DNA of 64,000 bases from positions 4,278,001 to 4,342,000 of the forward strand of contig OZ361256.1 of assembly GCA_977018835.1 (NCBI GenBank), read 5' to 3'. Numbering within the stretch: position 1 is the first letter of the stretch; each line of letters starts with the position of its first letter. The position numbers and the translations under genes were made by a program. Of the stretch, positions 1 to 11,494 are shown piece by piece. Under the pieces are notes generated by a model that was not told the DNA's origin, ran no database searches, and saw only the letters and a program-made list of their open reading frames with translations. The stretch comes from Minutocellus sp. GHC0000111. Lineage: Eukaryota.

Positions 1-266
1 TGAAGGTAGCGGCACATGGGCAGATCGCCATGGAACGCAAAGTACGTCATGGGCGTGATGTTATACCATGATCCCACCACATCTCCCATAAATTGGCCAT
101 ATCGTGATCTTGGAGGTTCCAAGTCCGAACGGCCGCTATGAGCATCGTCCGGGTCAAAGCCGGCCTCTCGGAGTTTCTCCCGAGCGGACTCTTCGTCCTC
201 GACCGGACCGTCGGCTTCGTACTTCTTTTGCCTCTTGGCGGCTGGTTGGTCACCATCAGAGGACAT
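1..266 (-). CDS. Ankyrin-repeat-type protein, 5' part only (runs off the window); paralog of the gene at 61662-62754
   Basis: Manual translation from ATG at 266 gives MSSDGDQPAAKRQKKYEADGPVEDEESAREKLREAGFDPDDAHSGRSDL...NITPMTYFAFHGDLPMCRYL, which aligns closely with MSSGDDQPAAKRHKAYNADGPIEDDKTAREKLREAGFDPDDAHTARSDL...NITPMAHFAYHGDLPMCRYL at 62754. Not in the ORF track. Confidence 0.8.
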   Translation of the reverse strand, partial: MSSDGDQPAAKRQKKYEADGPVEDEESAREKLREAGFDPDDAHSGRSDLEPPRSRYGQFMGDVVGSWYNITPMTYFAFHGDLPMCRYL

Positions 267-1110
267 GCTGAATAGACCCTTGGAAATGCCCCGCTGCTCG
301 CTACAACGATACGTTTGCGCATGTACGGCACTACCTGCTAATAGAGCAGATACATGTACGAGTAGTGAGGCAAGCGTAAGCATGACAGCATGACATGCGT
401 ACCTAGGTACAATTGTAACGCCGTCTCTCGCCGCCAGCCGGCCAGCCCTTGATGACGAAGGATCGAAAGTGCGCAAACCGCCACAGAGACCGCGGTAAAC
501 CGACCACCATCTGCCATGGCCAGCCGACCGCCGTGCTATGCTGCCGGCGAGAGCAGTAGCCCCGACCGGCGGTGGCAGCTGACGTGATTGGTGGTCATCT
601 AGTATTGCATTGTTGCAAGGCAGCGCAAGATACGGATGGCTCACCATGATGTGCGTGAAAATAAACCGTCACGGGCAACCGCCAAAGGCCGGCTCTTTCT
701 TGGCGGGTTTGCAATGCGAAGCATCGAATCAGCGCCATGACAGCCGGCTCATAAAAAGAACACTGCGATCAAAGCAAAGCATATCAAACAATATCCCGTA
801 ATTGACTTGTCGAAGCAAAAGACTCGCAGCAAGTGAAGAACTAAAGCCAGCATAAGCACAGATAGGAACCCCAGTACGTGTAACCCCAGGCGGCACCGAG
901 CAACTTGATAAATAACAAGCGGAATCATTGATATCTGTTAATCTGGCCGGCACATCGGATCAAAGAGATTACACGCGAACATTTGAGGTACGCGTCCCTG
1001 TCTTTTGTATCGTCTCTCTCTTCTTGAATGGGTTTATCGTTACTTCAATATCATCACCATCTGACGGCCCTCGCCTTCCTTGGCCCATTTCATTTCTCCC
1101 AGTACGATCG

Positions 1111-4100
1111 ATGAAGATTATTTCGTCCATTGTGACTTTTTGCGCCTTCAGCACGCCACTTGTTTGTTCGGCTGCGGAGGTGAGTCGTTTGGATGCTTTT
1201 CTCACTTCTAGCTAGGAGATGGGTCAAATCTTTGTATAGTTCCTCTTCTACGTGTCGTGTACATTCGTAGTACACCTCTTACCTCGTCATATTTTGTTCA
1301 ATGACTCACGCAGGAAAGGCCCGCGAATAGCAGCCACCTGATCGGCAGTGGTATAGACGACCATGCCATCTCTCTCCCCGCATCAGCTGATTCTCGTCAC
1401 CTTCGCGGCGGAAAGGATTCTGTGGTCGGGGGGACAGAAGATGCTGATAGATTGGATACGCTAGCAGGGCGCACAAGAATTCTGAATCCAGATACCGGTA
1501 CTTGCACCTCTCAGTGCAATGCAACCCATTCTTGTCAAGGAGAGTTCTTCAGTCAGTGTGATATTGAATGCGTTGGGAGCTCAGGAAGGTATCAGGGATG
1601 CAACGGGATTAGGGCGGTGGGCTCGTCAGTTACTTGTATCGACTACCGCGCTTGCTACGGATCTACCTTCCACCGCAGCGAGGTTACCTGCTCCCGTCAA
1701 ACCGCAACGTGTTTCAACTCCAAATTTCATCAAAGTGCCGTCGCCTGTAAGGGGACTTCCTCTTGCGATAATGCAGCCTTCCAGTATCCGTGCAACTGCT
1801 GCTTGGAAGGACCATCCCAAGATTGCCAAGCTCCTTCCTGTGTGAGCAACGGCAAGCCCGATGCCGACTTTTGCCAATCGACGTTCCTTGGCAAGACCTG
1901 CAAAGATTGGGGAAATCCCATCTGCAAGGACGTAGAAGTTGAGTCGCCCCAGCCTCTCCATCCTGCCGCTGGCTGCACGCTGAATGAGGACGTCGTTGTG
2001 TGCGACAGCGCAAGGAGCTGCGGCGAGCATATTTTAAGTGACTGTTCGGTGCTATGTACCGGTCAAAACTGCCGGAAAAGCGAGATGACCGACTCAACAG
2101 TAGAATGCATTGATACTTCCACTTGCTCTTCATCTACCTTTCATAGGAGCGAAGTTACCTGCTCCAACCAAGGAGGAACATGCGCAAGCTCCACATTCCA
2201 CCAAAGTGCCGTCGCCTGCGAGGGGACCTCCTCTTGCGATAATGCAGTCTTCAATTATCCGTGCAACTGCTGTCTGAAAGGTCCATCCCAAGATTGCCAA
2301 GCTCCTTCCTGTATGAGCAACGGCAAGCCCTATGCCGACTTTTGCCAATCGACGTTCCTTGGCAAGACCTGCAAAGATTGGGGAAATCCCATCTGCAAGG
2401 ACGTAGAAGTTGAGTCGCCCCAGCCTCTCCATCCTGCCGCTGGCTGCACGCTGAATGAGGACGTCGTTGTGTGCGACAGCGCAAGGGGCTGCGGCGAGAG
2501 TATTCTAAGTGATTGTTCGGTGCTATGCACCAGCCGAAATACCTGCAAGAGTAGTGAGATGACCGACTCGTCAGTAGCTTGCGTTGATCCTTATTCTTGC
2601 TCTTCATCTACCTTTCACCAGAGTGAGGTGGTCTGTGATCGCTACCATTCATGCCTTTCGGCAAAATTTCATGGAAGCAAAAAGAAATGTAATCACAAAG
2701 ATTCTTGCCATGCGGTGTTTGGAATGTGTGTCTGCTGTGATGGAGAATATTGTCCTCAAGGTTTGCCGTCTTGCTCAGGAAAGAGTCTCGAAGTCTTCTG
2801 CTCCTCGATACCGGAAGGAATGAATGCTACCTGCCGAGAGCTCGGCAACCCTGCGTGCCAAAATACACGCGCATCCACCAGTAATATCGATCCGAATTTA
2901 CTCTGTAATTATTTCCCTTGTGGCGATGGTAGAAGGAAAGTTGTCACCGCACATCACACTCGACGTATCAGACTCGTTGTATTGAACCTCGAAGGATTCA
3001 GGCCCATCTCGATCATGGCGATACATGTGGCCCTTGTGATTTTAAATATCAATGCAATGGAGTTGTAGACGATGAATTCTTTAGGGGCGGTGAAATGGTC
3101 CTCAAAAAGGGTGACCCGCAGTATCAATCTTTGGTGGCACTCGTGACTTATGTTGCAGCTACATTTGATATTTCGCTCACTTCGAACGCTATCCAAGCTT
3201 ATCGGTCTTTCGACGGGTTGGAGTGCCCTGGAGACAATATTCTTGCCCTGCTTTCTTCAATCACATCTGACGCCAAGACTCTAATCGATACTGGTACTAT
3301 GGGCGAAACTGATGGCGGAGGAGGCGACTCCAAGTGTATCACCATCGAGGGCAATAGACACGGAACGTGTATCGACAAGACCAAGTGCCTTGCAATGGGG
3401 AAGGAACCACTTCCATACTACGGAGAGTACACGTGGACTGCAGACCATTGCAAAGCCTTTGACGACGATGTGCAACGTTGTGTGGACCCAACTGATTCTC
3501 AGCCACCACCGGTGATTGAACCTTCCGATTCTCTTGAAAATGACGATTCTAGCTCTCCTACTTGTAAAGATATCCCAGATCGTAGAGATGAACCCTTTGT
3601 GTTTGATGAAAAGGTGTATGGACTCTCCCTACAGTCGCTCTTTCTCTCGAATCTCGTGTACGAAGAAGATCCCTGGCCTCTTCCTTCCGGTGAACACCAC
3701 AACTTCAAGAGTGCTTACAAAGATTACACCTTTAGAATAATCCGTGCTTTCGAGAGCTCAGGATTTCTAGACGAGAGCTTTGCTAAACGCCTTGTGGAAA
3801 GCAAGCTGTTCCCAGGAGTAGCACTAAAAAATGCAATGAAACCCTCTGACTTCGAAAAAGAACTTGTAGGTGGCATGGATCAGGCGTTAGTCGCCGAATC
3901 GAATGGGCGATGTTTCGGCATATTTCGAGGAACACTAGCTCCTCTTGATATTAACCACTGGAAAACTGTTGTCGGTGGAGAGACGGTGGTGAAGGACTGG
4001 TTGTCCAACTTGATACCTCTTTCTACGGATATTTGTGGAGACAGCTGCGATTGTTGCAGTGGCAGAGTAGCTTTTGCTTCCATTCTTTTCAATGACTTTT

Positions 4101-4880
4101 TTTCTTCATTCAAAGAGGAGTTGCTGAGCTGCGCGAGCAAATGTGACGATCCAACTGATTGCATTGTCCTTGGTGGACATTCCCAGGGTGGAGCAGTTGC
4201 AGAAATTGCTGCAGCTTATTTTGCAGAATATGATCCTTGGGTGGCCCAGTGCAATGAAAAATCCTTGCCCTCACCTAAGTAACTTGAGGCAATTCAATTT
4301 CTGCAATACGAGGGAAGATACTGTAGGCTGGTGGTTCAAGAAGGAAACAGTGCTGAGGCACGACCCCGTCTTCTTTCTACCCACTGGATTTTCGAATCTC
4401 GTAGGACTCTCCGAAGCCGGTGACTTTGGACATACTATATTTCTCAGCGGCCATACATCGGTTGCAGCTGGTCTTGATGTGAGCAAACATCTTGAAAGCC
4501 CTCTCGATCTTGACTTTGGTAGCTTTTTTGTAGCGACGAAAGCGCACGCCGATTCTGTCAAAGGCGGAGACCCATTGTTTGGAGAGCAGTCATACTTCGA
4601 GCATCTTAACGGGCTTTATGCCAATTTGAGTCCTACGGATCAAGACAACTTTTTTTCAATTCCATCTGATGGATGGGATGACAATTCGTCCTGCTTCTTC
4701 AACGAACAATGCCTCTCCAACAAGTGCGTCTTTTATTTCATCAAAGATGAAACACCCATGTTTGGGGAAAGGACCGAAGTGGAAGTCTCATGCGACGATA
4801 GAATTGAATATTCCCCTGATGGTATGGGTTATCACGCCAGCGAAATATACAATGTGTATAAGTCGAAATGTACTTGGTAA
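1111..4880 (+). CDS. Secreted Cys-rich repeat protein fused to a class 3 lipase (alpha/beta hydrolase) domain; two frameshifts (assembly error or pseudogene)
   Basis: Exon 1 (1111-1179) encodes the signal peptide MKIISSIVTFCAFSTPLVCSAAE; intron 1180-1313 (GTGAGT...CAG); exon 2 is in frame with ORF 1422. A frame switch near 2940 gives CHRTSHSTYQTRCIEPRRIQAHLDHGDTCGPC and runs without a stop into ORF 3095, which has the lipase motifs FGIFRGT and GGHSQGGAVA. A second switch near 4245 leads into ORF 4143-4880. Confidence 0.65.
1663..2620 (+). repeat. Intragenic tandem duplication with 471-bp (157-aa) period
   Basis: ccatcccaagattgccaag at 1812 and 2283; tgaatgaggacgtcgttgtg at 1981 and 2452 (both offset 471). 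Near-identical over about 300 bp; three copies at protein level, each ending TC(K/R)xxGNPxC. Boundaries approximate. Confidence 0.9.
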
Positions 4881-4920
4881 AACTTAATCAAGAGCGATTT
4901 GAAATTCTATAAACTCTTCT

Positions 4921-6700
4921 CTATGCAGTTACTCTACCATCTGGCTTTTCTATTGGAGGATAGACATATGATTCCTCCTCCTCCTCCTGATAATTTTCGT
5001 TGGATACTGATTGGCTCTGGCTGGGCATCGTCTGACCAGGATCTTCATCGTACCATTGATCACTTGAAGCTCTTTGAGAAGAAGGTTGTGGTCTTGATCT
5101 TGATCTGCTTCTTGTCTTGCTCTCGTGCCGACTGCCGTTGTCAATGGTACCATCACCACCCCCGTTGACATCCTGAGCGGCGAGTCGCAAATCGGAAACA
5201 TCGCCATATCCTTCAAATGTAATGGCCTCAAACATGGCACTTCGCAACGTCAGCATTGTCATGCCACAAATTGATATCACAAGCAACGACGAAAATACCC
5301 ATGACAACCCCGAAGCCGACTCGGTACAGGCAGCCTTGTGAAAAGTATTGACGTAAATCGGATTGATGTTCGAACACGATATCAAGTCAAATGTCAAGTC
5401 GGCGCTGTCCGATAATATCACGAGCTTGTCGGCGACATCGTCTAACAGAGAATTGAGCGACGCAAATCCAGCACCACAGAGCTCCTCCAACTCCTCGATG
5501 CCGATGGAGTCCACCGAATTCCGCAAGACGTCCGTCGAGTTCATTGCCAGGCTGAGCTCATCGAGATATTCCCGCAGAAAGATGAAGGGAAATGGCGTCC
5601 GACATCCCCCAGTATAGTAGGCGATGGATTGAAATATGATGGAATTGGGATTGTCATAACCCTGCTGGCGTAGGACCTCCAATATCGTTCCGTCTGGACT
5701 GGGAAAGTCCTCACCACCCGAACACATGTCGCTATTGGCCGTAGTGAGCAAACCAAACAAGCTGACGCAGACCCAACTAAAGATTATACCGATGCCAAAT
5801 AATGGGATGAAGAACCATTTCAATACACAGTCCCATTTGGGGTGACTTATGTCGCACCACGCCAATATAACTGCAAATGTCAATATACAAGCCAGTACAA
5901 TGATGGGAATGACGTACGCCATGGCGGCATCATCGGATATATCATACGTCGACAGCGCCGTCGATAGATCCTCCGTGGCATCGTTGATATCCTGCAAGGC
6001 CTGCCGCATTTCAGCGACGTCATTATTGACAAAGTCCGACAAAATGTTGAGATATTCAATTCCATCGCTGGCCATGGAATCAAAGTCGTATCCCGTCTCA
6101 TCGATCAGAGATGGGTTGGCAGGACAGAACCCCGTCTGCAACCTGCCGACCAGTTCATCACGAATCGGTGCCGCGGCATCACCTACTAACTCAAGCTGTT
6201 CGGCTATTTCTTCTCCGCTAGCCGTCAAATCTTGCACGTCGGCGTTGGATTTCATTAGCGTGGTCTGCATGTTCTCCACCTGCGACAATCCGTTGGTCAC
6301 GAGCAAGATGCTAAACACCACGACGCATACCGCACATACCAAAAAGGTGATGCGCACCCGTCTCGGTCGTTTGTATTCCTTCGCACCGGGATCGTCGTAC
6401 GTTCCAAATTTCTTGGACACTGGTTGGATAAATCCTCTGCCGGCCATAAAGCCAACCTGGTCCTGACCCATGACGGCAAGCACGATTAACGTGACGGTCC
6501 AAACACAAAACTACAGCTGTGATGAATACGAGGCCCATGGCGTAGTCGACCTGCTCGTCGTTATCGAATGATGCTAAAGAGGATATGGTGGAGGTATGGC
6601 CAAAGCGTGGAATGGAGTGGAAGGCATCGGTGACGGCCGTTGGGAAGTAGTACGGGGCGGAGTAGGTCGTTGCCATGGCCATTCCATCGGCATCAGACAT
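4921..6700 (-). CDS. Multi-pass membrane protein of Tweety/prominin-like architecture; one frameshift near 6505
   Basis: ORF 6311-6700 (N-terminus, ...VDYAMGLVFITAVV) joins ORF 4921-6483 through WTVTLIVLAVMG in another frame. About 5 hydrophobic segments, two large helical Cys-containing loops (SDMC, ISCSNINPIY...AAC) and an acidic tail. Confidence 0.6.
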
Positions 6701-6987
6701 TGTTGGGCTTCTTTGATTGTTGGTCAGTCGGCGGCGAGTTTGACAAGGATTTATCTGTCTGCTACGTCAACGCAAGAGTAAGGTAAGTGCAGTTGGCGGA
6801 TTCAAATAATGAATAGTTGCCCCCTCTTGACCAGCGAGATCGGCCACGGATACCTAGGTACGGCACAAGCGCGGCCAAAAATGAGCTCATCGATCGGCAC
6901 GTGAGATGTACAAAAGTATGTGTTGGGGGGAAATGACGTGTCCAGCGGCCTTGCCGCCTGCGCGGGCAGTCCAAGGGTGGGCAAAAG

Positions 6988-8542
6988 TTCAGTTCAGTTC
7001 ATGTAATTACTTTAGAATCTAATCTAACTGGTTGGGCACCTTTATAGGTCACTGCTCTTGAAGCTCTAGGATGAACCATAAACAAGCTAACTGTGGCGTC
7101 CAACATACGTTGGGTTCACAGCCGAGGAAATGACAGTTAGTTGTGTAGCAGCAGCAGCAGTCTCTCTCTGCTTGCTGCACAACTTGTTGTGTGGAGAATA
7201 AGATCGAATCGCAGGGGTACTGTGAAACATGGGAAGTACTGGTAGACCAGGGGACCGTAATCATTCGTCCTCCTGATCGATAGCCAGAAGCTCCTTTTGA
7301 GGGGAGCGGTCGTCGGTAGTAGTGCGGAGTGGTGGTGGAGAGGTGTCTTGGACCGCCGCCGAAGACGGGCCAACAAACCCCCATTGATGAAACGGCGTCG
7401 ATAGAAGCCGCGGATGGCTGTAGGGGTCTGGGAACCAAGGACATACTCGCGGCCTAGGTGGATCTTGTCCAACCAGGCAAGTTTGGCCTCGATCGGTCGT
7501 CGCAGCAGACATGATGGATGGAGGGGGCAGGCATTCGAGGAGAGAGGAAGCAGTTCTCTCGGCACGTAGTCCGAGCCTTGAGCCACCAGTTGCTGGATGT
7601 GTCGATCCAGCTGCAACTGCAGCCCCAAAGCTTCCTCATCGTGCCCCGATTTGATCTGGAAGTTTCGGAACATCCACATGTCCCACGCCGTGTTCCAGAG
7701 CTTCTTGATCAGCTCAGTCACCCCCACCGTCGGCCTGAACGCAAGCTGCCTTGGGCCTGGAAGTGGTCTGCCTGAGCACGTTCCCACTCTCGGGAGTGAA
7801 ACCCCATTAGCATTGCGCCCCATCCTATCGAGGTCTGATCTCGAGCAGCGACCTGTAGAGCTGGCGATCGGGCCGACCGCCGAGGCAAGCCTTGGCGCTA
7901 GGCTTCCCCCATCATCTTCGTTTTCTTCACGTTCCTCAGCGGCCTTGGCCTCGGCCTCGGCCTCGGCCACCGCCGCCTCCAGGGCATCCTCCTCGGTATC
8001 GTACTGGAGGAACGACTTGGGGGTTCCCTGAGTCTTTTCCTCCGCCACGTCGCCGAATAGCACCTTGCTTTTTGCAGCACTAGCAAGATCGTTGTGGCCT
8101 AGAGGGGTCGGCCCCGGGCCGGAACCCCCGGACCCACCCGTGAGGTCGGTGATGAGGGCGGTAGTGGCCGTGGTCTCGACGTCCTTGCGGGTGGCCATCT
8201 CCTTAGCCTTGGTGGTGGCATGGGAGACCGGAGTGACCTTCTGATCGCGGCGTTTTTGGCTTGCTTGACTGGGGCACCTGCAGTGCCAGCCAGCGTGGCC
8301 TCCGGTACCTCGGCATTGGCCTTCGAGCCATGCTTGGCAGCGTTACTGGACGATTTCTCGTCCTTCGAGCGAGCGCCAGCTCCCCCGCGCACACGGCCGG
8401 ACCTGGTCGTGGTGGAGAAGTTGTTGCTGATACGGTAACTAGTAGAGCTAGCTGTCTTCATGGTAAAAAGTAGAAAGTTAGTTGAATAGGTTATGAGTCC
8501 ACACCTTACTGGAAAAATCCGAAGTTGTGTCTAAGGGTGTGG
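6988..8542 (-). mobile_element. Internally deleted (bipartite) non-LTR retrotransposon derivative with 16-bp TSD and (GAACT)n 3' tail
   Basis: Identical CAAGGGTGGGCAAAAG at 6972-6987 and 8543-8558. (AGTTC)3 on + strand at 6986-7000 forms the 3' tail. An ORF1-like low-complexity N-terminus starts at ATG 8461 and is joined near 7880-7900 to QTSIGWGAMLMGFHSREWERAQADHF...SGRRW-VTELIKKLWNTAWDMWMFRN, which I recognise as the C-terminal motif of diatom non-LTR RT polyproteins. No RT or endonuclease present. Confidence 0.85.
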
Positions 8543-8565
8543 CAAGGGTGGGCAAAAGGAGATAG

Positions 8566-9147
8566 ATGGCACGGCCGCTCCTCTTGACCCTCTGCCTCTC
8601 ACCCTCGCTTCTATTGCCAGTTCGGTCTTTTGTTCCTTTGAGTCCATCGTCCGTTGCTTCCGCATCGCTTCATTGGTCAACCAGCAGGCCCAGATACAAC
8701 ACCATGTCGACAGCAGATGCCGCACCCGCCTGCGGCCTTGGGGCCGGCAAATGCGTCCCGTGCGAATCGCTCGATAAGTCTCACATCCTCTCCAGGGAGG
8801 CCGTTGATAAAGAACTATCGGAGTCATTGAAAATGTGGAAGTTGAAACCACTGGAAAATACAAGTGACGACGGATCAGAGCAGCACGCCATCTCCCGCTC
8901 CTTCACCGCCCGTAATTTTCAGTGCGCACTTGACGCCATCAATGCCATTGGCGCCATTGCCGAGCGAGAGAATCATCATCCTGACTTGCACCTGACGGGC
9001 TATCGCAACGTGGAGATTGTGTTGTATACACACAGCCTGGGTGGACTTAGCATCAATGATATCGAGCTGGCCAAGGAGATTGATGACGTGAAGGTCGAGT
9101 ACAGTCCCAAGTGGCTCAAGAGTCATCCCGAGGCGAAGCGAGAGTAA
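8566..9147 (+). CDS. Pterin-4-alpha-carbinolamine dehydratase family protein, probably plastid/organelle-targeted
   Basis: Motifs CVPCE, AERENHHPDLHL, YTHSLGGLSINDIELAKEID; hydrophobic N-terminus ending VRS-F. Confidence 0.9.
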   Translation: MARPLLLTLCLSPSLLLPVRSFVPLSPSSVASASLHWSTSRPRYNTMSTADAAPACGLGAGKCVPCESLDKSHILSREAVDKELSESLKMWKLKPLENTSDDGSEQHAISRSFTARNFQCALDAINAIGAIAERENHHPDLHLTGYRNVEIVLYTHSLGGLSINDIELAKEIDDVKVEYSPKWLKSHPEAKRE

Positions 9148-9417
9148 TATACTATAGTAGATATTCTGATGTTATAATAATTAATTCATGCATATTCTCA
9201 TATGTATGCTATTAAAAACCTGCAATCTTATCTGTATCTTTAGTCCAAGGAGCGGATGGACCCTCCTACATGTATTGGTTACATTATATATCTGATTTTC
9301 TCATCTCGTCCAGCACCCGTACCCGGCTCATACATACATGTACAGTCGATTTGAAATATATATCAACACCAACCAATGCCACAATACCGGTGCTTTGGCC
9401 TTTTATCAACATCAACA

Positions 9418-9918
9418 CTAAATATTGGCCAAAGCAAAAGCAATGGCGATAAGGGAAAGCCCCATTGCAGTTGGATTCAAAACTCTAGAACCTCCACCAG
9501 AGGTGAACCCATCGCAGGGAACATCGACGCCATCGAGTTGACACTTCTGAACAGTCATTCCACCCGTGATCGACGACCCGAAACCTCCCAAACAAGGCGA
9601 ACTGACGCCTGGCGTCACGGTGCAACTGTCGGGACAGGTGACGACGCAGCCTCCACCACCATCGGAGAGGTCGGTGGTCGAGATGCCAACGCAGGCGTAG
9701 GGCATGGGCGCAGATGCGCCGCTGCCCATCAAGGTGGGCATAAAGACGTTTCCTGCTGCAAGGCCCTGGCCGATGGGAGTGCACATACTTTCATTGGAGG
9801 AAATCGTGCAGTACTCTCCGCTGGGGCACTTGTACTCGGTCGATGATGACATGACGGAAGTAGGAAGCAGCAGCAGGAGGAATGCGGCATACACGTAGGC
9901 AAAGGTAGACGAAGGCAT
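9418..9918 (-). CDS. Small secreted Cys-rich protein with hydrophobic C-terminal tail (possible GPI anchor)
   Basis: Signal peptide (AYVYAAFLLLLLPTSVMS), multiple Cys, SGGGS linker followed by hydrophobic tail MGLSLIAIAFALANI. Confidence 0.65.
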   Translation of the reverse strand: MPSSTFAYVYAAFLLLLLPTSVMSSSTEYKCPSGEYCTISSNESMCTPIGQGLAAGNVFMPTLMGSGASAPMPYACVGISTTDLSDGGGGCVVTCPDSCTVTPGVSSPCLGGFGSSITGGMTVQKCQLDGVDVPCDGFTSGGGSRVLNPTAMGLSLIAIAFALANI

Positions 9919-10254
9919 GTCGAGAGTAACTGAACTGGGATAGAATCTTGCTTGGGTTGGGTGAGAGCGATTTGGAATGTGGTACTACGGAGCCGGTGGT
10001 CGAATTGTGCCTACCGTGTATCTCGCGTTACGCACGGTGTCCTCGTCCTTGAGCTAAAAAGCTCGCCGAGCCTGCACAAGTAAGTGGGTGGCGGACGGAA
10101 CACGATGAAATCTCGGCTTGCTCTCCAGAGTAACCCCGGCCGAGAGGCGAAAGGAAAGTAGGAATTCCTAGGAATCCAATAGTGAGATTGTCCTTATTGT
10201 TCGTATGCATATATGCATAAGTATAGAATTAAATCCAAGAATGTTATTTGTATC

Positions 10255-11151
10255 TTATGCCAACGCCTGCCTCTTGGTGGCGGTGTTCTGATACGGCCGC
10301 AACACATATTCGTACTCGGCATCCTTCTGATCCAGCGTTCCCGTCCGAATCTGAAACAGCCGCATCTCGAATCGCGGTCCCACTTCGTGCAGCGTCACCT
10401 CCTGCCGATCTCCTCCACCCGTCTTGGTGTACATGTGATGGCGGAAGCTGATGAAGTCATCGTCGTTGCTAAACGTCACAATCCGTCGAGTATCGGGCTT
10501 GGGTACGGGGAACAAGCATTTCAAGATGTTACCAACGCGCTTGCCCAAATGAAAATTATTCAATATAATGTGCGGATAGGCCTCCGACATGGGGTTGGTC
10601 CCACCCGGCAAATCGTGACGCAATACGGCACCACTGAGCGAAAAGAAGGCGGTGGGACCCAGCGGCAAATGGCACACCACCAACCCATCGGGCTCACCAC
10701 GAGTCTCTTGGACCACCACAATGTCGGTGAATTCCGACTCCTTGCACGACGACACCAGCTCATCGACCCGATTGTTGCCGCGATTGATTCTCGTGGAGTT
10801 GGGGATGAGCAACTTGATTTCTTTCGCGAATTGCTTGAGGCGGCTGCTGGGATCGCGGCTGGTCGTCACGCATACTACGGGCTCGGCCAGTCCGGCATCG
10901 CCGTACTCGTCGTCAATATGATTGGTCTGTTCCTGCGTCTTGGTATCCTCGGCATCCACCTCCGATTTCAAAGTGTCGTAGCTGGCCCGTACCTCGGTGG
11001 GGAGGGGCTTGCCGGCAGCGAGAGCCTCGCGGATGATGCGCTTCTTTTCGTACGTGGCCTTGTCGCGTCCCTCGAGGCTCTTGCGGTACAAATATTCGCG
11101 TCGGAGACGAGTCTGACGACGCGGCGACGCGGCTTGGGAGGAGGGGGCCAT
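10255..11151 (-). CDS. IMP4: U3 snoRNP protein IMP4 (Brix domain)
   Basis: RQTRLRREYLYRKS, TTSRDPSSRLKQFAKE, ETRGEPDGLVVCHLPLGPTA, ISFRHH, EVGPRFEM, EYVLRPY. Confidence 0.95.
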   Translation of the reverse strand: MAPSSQAASPRRQTRLRREYLYRKSLEGRDKATYEKKRIIREALAAGKPLPTEVRASYDTLKSEVDAEDTKTQEQTNHIDDEYGDAGLAEPVVCVTTSRDPSSRLKQFAKEIKLLIPNSTRINRGNNRVDELVSSCKESEFTDIVVVQETRGEPDGLVVCHLPLGPTAFFSLSGAVLRHDLPGGTNPMSEAYPHIILNNFHLGKRVGNILKCLFPVPKPDTRRIVTFSNDDDFISFRHHMYTKTGGGDRQEVTLHEVGPRFEMRLFQIRTGTLDQKDAEYEYVLRPYQNTATKRQALA

Positions 11152-11494
11152 GGCTGCGGCGTGGTCGGATTCCTACTACGTTCCCTGCTGGTGGCTCTTG
11201 ACTTGGCCTTTGCTTTTTCGATTTGGTCAGCACCTGATGACCTCCCTTCTGGGATTTCATGGTTGTGCCGCGTCGAGGAGAGAACGACGGAAAGACCATC
11301 TTTTGGTGCGTTTTCGGCCCTTCTGAAAATCTGATCGAAGAGGCGTCAAGATGGTGGTAGGTAACCGCCTCTCTGCCTCTACTCTGCAAGCTGCTCAATC
11401 TGGCCACCAATAGCTATTAGGAAGTCCTATCAAAGTCTCGATCTGCGATTGATTTGTACCCTCTAATATCTTTGTATCGCCAACACCCACAAAC

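Noticed and set aside
7137..8198. 353-aa ORF as a genuine host gene
   Set aside because: It lies inside the TSD-bounded element and crosses the conserved IGW...W...Q motif in the wrong frame, so its continuity is probably incidental.
10213..11334. 373-aa ORF antisense to IMP4
   Set aside because: Shadow of a conserved GC3-rich gene; no recognisable motifs.
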